Shown here: positions 1 to 7,964 of the stretch, in pieces
Layout: each line of letters starts with the position of its first letter
How positions within the stretch are numbered: position 1 is the stretch's first letter
NCBI GenBank assembly: GCA_946186495.1
Contig: CAMHNQ010000002.1
Span: 28,736-92,735, forward strand
From: an uncultured Bacteroidales bacterium
Lineage (GTDB): Bacteria; Bacteroidota; Bacteroidia; Bacteroidales; WCHB1-69
Reading direction: 5' to 3'
Length of the DNA: 64,000 nt
Program-made: the position numbers and the translations under genes
The notes under the pieces: model-generated
What the model saw: the letters and a program-made list of their open reading frames with translations, nothing else
What the model was told of the DNA's origin: nothing
Databases searched by the model: none

Positions 1-726
1 TGCCTGGAGGCGGTCGAAGTGGTTGTCTCCGGGCAGTTGTTCGCCCAAGGCAAAGTAGAGTTTGAAATCGAGGCCCCGTTTGGCGACTTCGGCGGAGTCT
101 TGCAGCTTGAGGCTTCCGGAGGCTGCGTTACGGGGGTTGGCAAACGGTGCCTCCCCGATTTCCTCTCGTTCGGCATTGAGCTGCTCAAAGCTGCGGAACG
201 GCATGATGATTTCGCCACGCGCCTCCAGCAAGGGCGGGAAGTCGCCTTGAAGCTGTAGCGGCACGGTGCGGATGGTACGCACGTTAGCGGTCACGACATC
301 GCCGCGTGAGCCGTCGCCCCGGGTTACAGCCCGGGTCAGCACCCCGTTCTCGTAGATCAGGCTGATGGCCACCCCGTCGTACTTGAGCTCACAGACGTAG
401 GCTGGCGGCACGGCGAGCAGCTCGCGCACCCGCCGGTCGAACTCGGTGAGTTCCTCCTGAGAGTAGGTGTTGCCTAACGATTGCATCGGGTAGAGGTGTG
501 CCGCACTCTCGAACCGCTTCGTTACCGTCCCGCCCACCCGCTGCGTAGGACTGTCGGGACGGCGCAGCTCCGGATGGGCCGCCTCCAAGTCGATGAGCTC
601 CTGCAACAGCTGGTCGAAGTCGTAGTCCGATATCGTCGGGTTGTCCAGCATGTAATACTGATAGTTGTGCCGGTTAATCTCCCGGACGAGGTGGTTGATG
701 CGTTCTTCTGCACTGTACACTTCCAT
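1..726 (-). CDS. ligA: NAD-dependent DNA ligase LigA, N-terminal part (gene continues past the left edge)
   Basis: Own translation of the minus strand from ATG at 726..724: MEVYSAEERINHLVREINRHNYQYYMLDNPTISDYDFDQLLQEL...PMQSLGN...CELKYDGVAISL (KxDG adenylation motif)...NPRNAASGSLKLQD. It is absent from the ORF track because no stop lies inside the window. Confidence 0.9.
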   Translation of the reverse strand, partial: MEVYSAEERINHLVREINRHNYQYYMLDNPTISDYDFDQLLQELIDLEAAHPELRRPDSPTQRVGGTVTKRFESAAHLYPMQSLGNTYSQEELTEFDRRVRELLAVPPAYVCELKYDGVAISLIYENGVLTRAVTRGDGSRGDVVTANVRTIRTVPLQLQGDFPPLLEARGEIIMPFRSFEQLNAEREEIGEAPFANPRNAASGSLKLQDSAEVAKRGLDFKLYFALGEQLPGDNHFDRLQA

Positions 727-803
727 AATGCGTTATCGTTTTGTTTCGGATGGCGAAAATACATTTTTTTTGGTTATGGTGTCGAGGGGCGAAGTCCGGA
801 GAC

Positions 804-834
804 AAAAAAGGGGGAAATCCTGATGGAATCCCCC
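804..834 (-). terminator. Putative rho-independent terminator downstream of the 2251-aa gene
   Basis: On the minus strand a GGGGGA...TCCCCC stem is followed by TTTTTT (plus strand aaaaaagggggaaatcctgatggaatccccc). It lies 28 nt after the stop at 862. Confidence 0.5.
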
Positions 835-861
835 TGGTGGTTCTCGGTTTGCAGTTTTCCG

Positions 862-3800
862 CTAATGCTTTACGACAAACGGTTTCGTCACGGAGCCATC
901 GTCTGTGGTCACGCGCACGAAATACATGCCGTCGGCCATGCCGCTGACGTTGAGGGTCGTAAACTCGCCCTTGACGGAAACGGTGTTCAACAGTTTGCCG
1001 TACACGTCGAGCAGTTCGATGACCGCGTCACCATTGCCCATCGCCCATTGCACGGTTATCATTGAAGTTGCCGGATTCGGGTAAAGCTTGACAAGGCGGG
1101 CAAGGTGGTTCACGATACCGACCGGTGTGGTTGCCGTAACGGTCGTGCTCCAGTCGCTGAACATGCCGTTGCTGCATTCGGCCTGCACTTGGATGGTGTA
1201 GTGAGTCTCCGGTTCCAGATCTGTGATGAGGTAGGAGTTGGTGGTGGAAGTGGCCGATAAGACCGGCCCGTTGTCTGCGCGGTATTGGATGTGCCAGAGG
1301 TCAACGTTCTCGTCATCGTTCCATGTCAGGGTCATAGCTTGTGCGGAAGTGTCGGTGACCGCAAGGCCGGTCGGGATGTTGCACGAGTCAGGGATGACGA
1401 TAGTGTCGATCTGCGTGGTGAAGCTGAAGGGTGCTGTCCAGTCGCTTGATTCAGTGGGGGCGCACACGGCTTTCACGCGAACCTCGTAGGTGCTCTCGCT
1501 GTTGAGTCCGGTCAGCAGGTAGGGAATTGTGGAGGTGATGGTTTCGGGGGCCCAGTCATTGTCGGTAGCCAGTCGGTGCTGGACGGCCCATTGGCTTTCG
1601 GAGCCGCCGGCAATCCAGGTCAGCAGTGCGCTGTTAGCGGTGATGTCCGTCGCCGTCAAGCCGGTGGGGATGTTGCAGACAATGGGCCCGCTGGTGTTGC
1701 AGCTCGTGGTGAAGTTATACGTGGTGTAGTTTTCCATGTTGGAGGTGTTGACAAGCACAGTCCCTTCAGGGGTGGAGAGGGAGAATCCGGCCTCGTAGGC
1801 GTATTCGCCGGCAATCCAGATGAGGGAGGTGCTCATGTTGTTGCAGAGGGCGACCTGTTCCGTGCTGTTGTAACCGCTTTCTAAGGATATGGTGGCCACG
1901 ACGGCGCCGTTCTGCTGTATCTGCAGGGAGCCGCCATTCCAACCGTCGCCGTAGTTGTCGGACAAGTTGAAGGTGTATTGGCATTTGTCGTATTCTTCGC
2001 AGGCACTTGTTCTGAAGGTGAGGGTGGCGGGGACTGAGATGTCGTTGTCGCCGCAGTCAGCCCAGACATATACCGTATAGGGCGTGTTGTTGTTCATTCC
2101 CGTGAGGGTGTAGGTTGTCGTGGTAGTGAACGAGGTGGTGCCGTTGCCGGGGGTGAAGCCCGCCGGACCGTATTCGAGGATGAATGACTGGGCATTGTTG
2201 CTACTGCTCCAGGAGATTGTGGCGGACGAAGTGCCGATGTTGGAGGCGGTCAGGTCGTGGGGCTCAGGGCAACTCGGGATAAGCTCTACGGTGAAGTCGT
2301 CCAAGTTCCAGGAGTTGTTGAGTTGGACACTGGTGTATCGCAGGGCAATGAGGCCGGATGTGGCTTGAACTCCGTCAAAGTCGAACGGTCCCATGAAGTT
2401 GCCGTTACCCGAGGCGTCGTTGGTGCCGCGCGGACTCGGGGTGCCGGCAATGCCGACCAACTCGAATGAGGACGGGTCGGTGGGGTCAGGCAGGATGCCG
2501 ATTTCCAAGACGCCCGCATACGGGTCGATGGCGGTGGCCCAGAAGGAGAGCCGTAGCGTGTGGATGTCGTTGGTGAATGCCGGAAGAGCGAGCATGTTGA
2601 CGCCGCCCTTGAACTCGGCCGAGTTGGCGCCGGAATGGCACGACGGGTAGTGTCCGCAATAGAGGTACGGGCCGTGATAAACGTTGTCGACAACGGGTGT
2701 TTTCCAGCAGATGAACTGTTCCGGACCGCCGCCGATGATGCTCTCGAAGTCCTCGAACCAAGGAGTGGTGGCTGTCACTGTGATGGGGTCGCAGTCGGTG
2801 GTGAAGGTGACCTCTGTCCAGTAGCTGAAGCTGGAACCGCAGATGGAGCGCATGTGCACCCGGTAAATGGTGTTGGAACTCAGTCCGGTGATCGGCTCCG
2901 ACAAGGAGGTGACCGTACCCAAGGAGACCCAGTTGCTGTCTCCCATGATACTGTACTCCAGCTCCCAAAGGTCGTCGTCGTAGCCGGGAACCCAGTTCAC
3001 CACAGCGGAGTTGGAGGTGATGGACGTGACAGAGATGGAGGGCGATGCGCAAAGGAGCGAAGTGTCGCACTCCGAATGGAATATCACGTTGTTGCGGCTG
3101 GGAAGATAACCGGAGACGCCGGATGAGGGGGTTTCGTAGATGGTGTATGGGGCGGGGTCGTGATAGATATACTTGGAGGAGGGGAACGGGGTGGCGTGCG
3201 TGCGCCAGCTATTGCCGCTCTCGTAGTTGCCGGACATGTCGATGATGATCAGAAGCAAATTGTCGTGACCGTTGTACATGAACGGGGTGGAGAATTGGAA
3301 CGTGTTGAGTCCCAAGTTCATCTGTTGTGGAAAGTCGAAGACTAATTGTGCATTGCTTGCATCAATCCAGTCGGCCGCCGATGTGGCTGATGTGTGCATC
3401 AGATAGATGTGGAAAAGGCGGTCAGTAGCGTAGGTGGCCATGTCCAAAGTCAAGGCTTCGATGTTCTTGGGCCCGCCAAGTTCGGAGGCGAGGAACAGCT
3501 GCTGCGAGTAGGAGTATTTGTAGAAACTATAGGAAGGCAGGTGACTGTCGGTGGTGGTGCCGTTGCCAATGGCAACATCACCGCCTACCAGACACTTGGT
3601 GCGGAATGACAGCTCGGTCCAGTAGCTGGAAGTGGTGTCGTCGCAGTTGACTTTGACACGCAGGTCGTAATAAGTCGATGGTGCCAGATTCTCTATCAGG
3701 AAAGTGGTGCTGTCCATCGTAATCGATGTCCAGTTTTCCATCCCCTCTTCCGAATATTCGAGCGTATAGTTGTCGATGGTGCCAAAAGGCCCCGGTTCCC

Positions 3801-6800
3801 AAGTGATCAGGACGGAGGTGCTGTTGGTCTCTGAAATTTCCATTGTCCTGATGTCAGAGCAGGCGGGCCGGATGTCCACCGTGATGTCGTCGATGTAAAA
3901 GCCGCAGTATTCGGCATTGGAGACACGGAATGCGATATAGGAGCCATTGCCGCTGTAGTCGCCGAAGCTGACAAACTGTTCAGCATATTCGTAGAAGTCG
4001 TTCTCAGACAGGTCAATGGTGTCAACGGGCACGAATGAGACGGCAAGATCGGGGTCGGTCATCACGCCCACCTCTAACAGGCCGGTGATGCCGGTGCGTG
4101 ATGCCCAGAAGTTTGTCATCAGGTCGCGGATGTCCACGTCATCGCCGATTGGCGGCAGGATGGCGATGTTGTAGCAGTCGTTCGTGTGGTGGAAATCCAG
4201 GAAATGGCTTCCGCTACGGGCATAGTTTTCGGTTTCCGGTATGTAAACATAATGCAGTGGGTTGGAGGCGTACCGGTTCCAGCAGACAATATAGTTCTCT
4301 TGTACACCGCTGTTGTAGATGCCGCTGACATCCTCGAAGTCTTCGTAGAACGGGAGGTCGATGCTGGCGCAGTTGGTGCGGAAGACCAAAGGGTCGCTCC
4401 AAAGGCTCTCGTCGTTGTCACAAAGGGTGCGGATGCGAACGGTGTATTCGGTGTTCGATAGCAGTTCGTTGAACGAGTAGCTTTCCGTACCCAACGGGCC
4501 GACACTCGTCCATGCGGTGTCGTTATGGGCTTTGTACTCCATTTCGCAGGCGATCCCGTGCATGGGCGACACCCACGTGATATCAGCACTGTGTTCCATG
4601 ACATTGTTGGCTAACAGGGTGTTCGGGCGGATACAGCTGTTTGGGTCGCAGCTGCTGAAGCGGATATTGTTGATTTCGTTGGAGACGAACCCAGTCTCTT
4701 GGGGGTTGGTGATGGAATAGGGGGAGGGGTCGCGGTAGGTGTAGCGGGACCTGTAGGCAGTGTTGGCGTCCTCGTGGCATTTGAAGTAGTTGGAGCAATG
4801 CCATGAACCGGTGTTGTCCGCGACGGAAATCAGGATGTCGTCGGTGCCGTTGTAGTTGAACGGGAATGCCAGCGGGATCTCGAACCAGTTGCCGGGGGTG
4901 GAGCTGGTGATTGCCACGTTGCCCGAGAAAACGTGAAAGAACGGGATGCTGTCGGATGGCAGAATCCACCCGGCGGCCATGTTCGTGCCATTAGGCACGG
5001 TTGACAGGTAGATGTCAAGGTTGCGGGTGGCGCTGGCCACGGAGGTGCACTGGAAATAGAGGGAGGTGAAGCTCATGGCCCCGGTTTCGACGGCTTCAGC
5101 GGGGATGATTTGCTGGGTGTAGGAGTAGTTGTAGCAAGAGTTCGACGGAAAACGGCTGGTCGTCAGGCTGCCGTTGCCGATGTTGGCGTTAATCGGCGAG
5201 GTACACGGCGTGCTGAGGCTGATGAACGCGGTGTCGCCGGTCTGGTCCTCACTGCAGGTGGCGAAAACCCCTAATTGGTACTGCCGGTATTCGGTCAACC
5301 CGGTCACCACGTAGAAAGTCTCCGAAGTCGTGTAGCTGTTCTCTGATCCGTCGCTCAAGTCCTTGACGATGACGGTGTATTCAGGGGTGTCCCCCACGTA
5401 GTTGTGCATCCAGCTCATCATGACATTGGTGCCGTAGATGTGGCTCAGGCTCAAGTCCATGATGGGGGTGCACTGCGGCGCGAAGTCCAGGGTGACATCA
5501 TCAATGTTGGATTCGGTGTAGGTGGTGCCGCAGTTGAATCTGATGGCGACATATTCGTGCCCGATGCCGGCTTCACCGATGATGGCGGTGTATTTGCTGT
5601 AGCTGGTTGAGGTGGCGGGCAGGGTGACGACGGGGGAGAAGCTGCCCGGGTCCGTCGGATTGGTCATCACCCCGACGGTGAAGGAGTTGCTCACGTCAGT
5701 GGTCTTTGCCCAGAAAGTGAGACGCAGGGCGCTGAGAGGGTTGGCGACCGTGTCTGCGATTTTCGGCAAGACGATGTAGTGGTTGTATGAAGAGGAGTAG
5801 AGGAACGTGTGTAGCGATTTGCTCCCGCTGTGTGCATTGGCGGTTGAGTTCTGGATGTCCGGGTAGTTGAAGCTCTGGATGGCCGTGTAGCAGTCGGGCA
5901 CCGAGGCGGTCGCTGCGCTCTCGAAATTGTCGGTGAACGGCAGGGAATGGATGCCGCAGAATTCCAGATAGGTGGCCACAAGGGTGTGGTTCTCGTGTAT
6001 GTCCGTGAATTGGTAGGTCGGGACCGGTCCCTGCGAGATCCCGTCCACCGTGACATTCGTCAAGGTGTACCGCAGGGTGTTGTCGAATGTGAATGTCTGG
6101 TCTGTGCCGGATAAGGCGGTGAAGACACCGTTGTTGCCGTACGGCGTTACCAGATTGTCGAGTGTCAGCGTGTCCCCCGTCTCCGTGACGGTTAGGATGC
6201 GTATGTCGTAGGTGTTGGACAGGAATACTTTGACATGCCCGAGCGTCCCGTTCGGGTCGATGGGGACGGTGACTTCGCCTTCCCCGAAAATGTCTCCATA
6301 AATCTCATTGTTGTTGAGGGTTATGCGATTCACGCGCCAGCCGGTCTCAGGAGTCACAACGAGAAAGATGGAGTCGGTACTCTGGCACTCTAACGTGAAG
6401 AGTTCCTCGTTGAGGGTGGCGTGGGGCAAGCCGTCCGCAGCGGCCATTACCTCGGCGGTGACCTCCGCCTGTGGGTGTACGGTGACCACGACATGGATGG
6501 TGTCGGTCAGATGGCCAAGGGGGGCGATGAGCGTGTAGGTGGTCGTCTCCTCAGGCGCTACCGTGAGATTCTGCGTGGTGTCGCCGGTGCTCCACCAGTG
6601 GCTGTCGTATCCGAAGCTGTACAAGGTGACGGATTCGCCGAGGCAGATGTCAGCGGACGGGGTGAGGATGCCCGCCATGCTCCCTAAGATGGGGTATCCG
6701 TTGTTGATGCCCGAGTCGTGCTTGAAAGCGCCACCCAGCAGGATGAGTATGCTGTCGGACTGCATTTCAGCTTGGGAGACTATAGTCCCGCTCTGGCTTT

Positions 6801-7617
6801 CGGTCGTGATGTTGCTGTAAGAGTAACAGTTGTGGAGGAAACCTCCGAAAGCGGCGATGCCGCCGGTGTTCTGGCTGTAGTTTTGGATGGTTCCCGCAAA
6901 GTAGCAGTTGCTGAAAAAGGTGTTGAGGCAGTTGCCGCCAAGGCCGCCCGCCACGTTGCCGGCGATGTGGCCGGTGACACCGCAGTTCTCCACGTAGGTG
7001 GTGCTGCTGTTCGGGTAGGTCGCGCCGATAAGGCCGCCGATATTGTTGTTGTTCGCGCCCGGAGTGCCGGTGATGCGGGCGTTGATGGCCATGCAGCCTT
7101 GGATGTGCACCTCGCCGCCGTTGCGGGTGAAACCGGCTATGGCACCCATCATCCCCCTTGACTTGAGGACAGGGTTGACCAGCACGACCGAGTCGATGCG
7201 GGCTGGATACTGCAAGGCCCCGAACAATCCGGCATGGAAGACACTGGACTTTTCGCAGTAGAGGTTGTAAATGATGAACCCGTGCCCGTTGAAAACCCCT
7301 TGGAAACTGTTGCCCGAGACGGGTGCCTCGCTTGAGGGGGAACCGCCGCCTATGGGCGTCCAGTTGTTTGTGGAGTCCCCTGTCTCGTTGAGCCAGATGA
7401 AATTGGCCAAATGCAAGGTGCAACCGCTGAAAGTGACCCCGCTGTTCACCAGTTCGGCCACGCCGGCCAACTGCTCGGGAGTGGAGATTCTGAAAGTCGT
7501 CTGCCCGTTCTGATACCAACTGATATCCGATGTCCCGTCCCAGATGACTTGAGCTTGAACCGCGATTTTTGTGAATGCCAGCATGAATATAATGCTGTAG
7601 GATAATAATTTCTTCAT
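862..7617 (-). CDS. Giant cell-surface protein, type A T9SS cargo (GLUG-like Gly repeats, many Fn3-like units, jelly-roll-like xFExFE modules)
   Basis: ORF track, 2251 aa. Signal peptide MKKLLSYSIIFMLAFTKIAVQAQ. Gly-rich repeats GLFGAL/GAIAGF/IGGLIGAT/VAGGLGGN/GGIAAFGG. Repeated Fn3-like units (..Y.V.V.A.C....S.WS....F.T). The C-terminal sequence VKLYPNPATSMITVQ...GMYFVRVTTDDGSVTKPFVVKH fits the Por-secretion tail (type A CTD) pattern. Confidence 0.9.
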   Translation of the reverse strand: MKKLLSYSIIFMLAFTKIAVQAQVIWDGTSDISWYQNGQTTFRISTPEQLAGVAELVNSGVTFSGCTLHLANFIWLNETGDSTNNWTPIGGGSPSSEAPVSGNSFQGVFNGHGFIIYNLYCEKSSVFHAGLFGALQYPARIDSVVLVNPVLKSRGMMGAIAGFTRNGGEVHIQGCMAINARITGTPGANNNNIGGLIGATYPNSSTTYVENCGVTGHIAGNVAGGLGGNCLNTFFSNCYFAGTIQNYSQNTGGIAAFGGFLHNCYSYSNITTESQSGTIVSQAEMQSDSILILLGGAFKHDSGINNGYPILGSMAGILTPSADICLGESVTLYSFGYDSHWWSTGDTTQNLTVAPEETTTYTLIAPLGHLTDTIHVVVTVHPQAEVTAEVMAAADGLPHATLNEELFTLECQSTDSIFLVVTPETGWRVNRITLNNNEIYGDIFGEGEVTVPIDPNGTLGHVKVFLSNTYDIRILTVTETGDTLTLDNLVTPYGNNGVFTALSGTDQTFTFDNTLRYTLTNVTVDGISQGPVPTYQFTDIHENHTLVATYLEFCGIHSLPFTDNFESAATASVPDCYTAIQSFNYPDIQNSTANAHSGSKSLHTFLYSSSYNHYIVLPKIADTVANPLSALRLTFWAKTTDVSNSFTVGVMTNPTDPGSFSPVVTLPATSTSYSKYTAIIGEAGIGHEYVAIRFNCGTTYTESNIDDVTLDFAPQCTPIMDLSLSHIYGTNVMMSWMHNYVGDTPEYTVIVKDLSDGSENSYTTSETFYVVTGLTEYRQYQLGVFATCSEDQTGDTAFISLSTPCTSPINANIGNGSLTTSRFPSNSCYNYSYTQQIIPAEAVETGAMSFTSLYFQCTSVASATRNLDIYLSTVPNGTNMAAGWILPSDSIPFFHVFSGNVAITSSTPGNWFEIPLAFPFNYNGTDDILISVADNTGSWHCSNYFKCHEDANTAYRSRYTYRDPSPYSITNPQETGFVSNEINNIRFSSCDPNSCIRPNTLLANNVMEHSADITWVSPMHGIACEMEYKAHNDTAWTSVGPLGTESYSFNELLSNTEYTVRIRTLCDNDESLWSDPLVFRTNCASIDLPFYEDFEDVSGIYNSGVQENYIVCWNRYASNPLHYVYIPETENYARSGSHFLDFHHTNDCYNIAILPPIGDDVDIRDLMTNFWASRTGITGLLEVGVMTDPDLAVSFVPVDTIDLSENDFYEYAEQFVSFGDYSGNGSYIAFRVSNAEYCGFYIDDITVDIRPACSDIRTMEISETNSTSVLITWEPGPFGTIDNYTLEYSEEGMENWTSITMDSTTFLIENLAPSTYYDLRVKVNCDDTTSSYWTELSFRTKCLVGGDVAIGNGTTTDSHLPSYSFYKYSYSQQLFLASELGGPKNIEALTLDMATYATDRLFHIYLMHTSATSAADWIDASNAQLVFDFPQQMNLGLNTFQFSTPFMYNGHDNLLLIIIDMSGNYESGNSWRTHATPFPSSKYIYHDPAPYTIYETPSSGVSGYLPSRNNVIFHSECDTSLLCASPSISVTSITSNSAVVNWVPGYDDDLWELEYSIMGDSNWVSLGTVTSLSEPITGLSSNTIYRVHMRSICGSSFSYWTEVTFTTDCDPITVTATTPWFEDFESIIGGGPEQFICWKTPVVDNVYHGPYLYCGHYPSCHSGANSAEFKGGVNMLALPAFTNDIHTLRLSFWATAIDPYAGVLEIGILPDPTDPSSFELVGIAGTPSPRGTNDASGNGNFMGPFDFDGVQATSGLIALRYTSVQLNNSWNLDDFTVELIPSCPEPHDLTASNIGTSSATISWSSSNNAQSFILEYGPAGFTPGNGTTSFTTTTTYTLTGMNNNTPYTVYVWADCGDNDISVPATLTFRTSACEEYDKCQYTFNLSDNYGDGWNGGSLQIQQNGAVVATISLESGYNSTEQVALCNNMSTSLIWIAGEYAYEAGFSLSTPEGTVLVNTSNMENYTTYNFTTSCNTSGPIVCNIPTGLTATDITANSALLTWIAGGSESQWAVQHRLATDNDWAPETITSTIPYLLTGLNSESTYEVRVKAVCAPTESSDWTAPFSFTTQIDTIVIPDSCNIPTGLAVTDTSAQAMTLTWNDDENVDLWHIQYRADNGPVLSATSTTNSYLITDLEPETHYTIQVQAECSNGMFSDWSTTVTATTPVGIVNHLARLVKLYPNPATSMITVQWAMGNGDAVIELLDVYGKLLNTVSVKGEFTTLNVSGMADGMYFVRVTTDDGSVTKPFVVKH

Positions 7618-7649
7618 TTTTTTTGTATTGTATTTATGGTTTTGTGACC

Positions 7650-7679
7650 TATAACTGTTTATAACTGTGTTTATAACTG
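7650..7679. repeat. Three direct copies of TATAACTG spaced 10 and 12 bp apart in the leader of the 2251-aa gene
   Basis: tataactg occurs at 7650-7657, 7660-7667 and 7672-7679. This is 33-62 nt upstream of the ATG at 7617 (minus-strand gene). Confidence 0.7.
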
Positions 7680-7729
7680 CTTGATTTGAAGCCTATTTTT
7701 TTATTCAGATATAAATAGATTTAAAAATG

Positions 7730-7737
7730 CAAATATA
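7730..7737 (-). promoter_or_regulatory. Candidate Bacteroidota -7 box (TATATTTG) for the 2251-aa gene
   Basis: The reverse complement of caaatata matches TAnnTTTG. It lies 113 nt upstream of the start. Confidence 0.4.
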
Positions 7738-7842
7738 CAAAATTAGAGATTGAAATTACAGTGTCTTGTTTTTTTTGTATTATAGGCGTTTCGGGCTTAA
7801 AAGGGGAATGGACACCTGCCTCTTCAGAGAATTTCGTAAACC

Positions 7843-7870
7843 AAAAAGGGAGCCCTTTTCGGACTCCCTT
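7843..7870 (-). terminator. Putative terminator downstream of the 2021-aa gene
   Basis: agggagccc/ggactccct forms an 8 of 9 bp stem. On the minus strand it is followed by TTTTT. Confidence 0.5.
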
Positions 7871-7964
7871 TGCAATTGTCATAAAGATTTTACGCGAGAT
7901 CCGCGCGATCCGTGGAGATTCTTTATCCGTGAAATTCGCGTGATCCGCGGAGACCTCCGCGCGA

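Noticed and set aside
19-1065. Plus-strand ORFs 19-258, 62-250, 481-1065 and 741-947 at the left edge.
   Set aside because: The minus strand of 1-726 translates cleanly into the LigA N-terminus with the KxDG motif. The plus-strand ORFs are antisense or intergenic noise.
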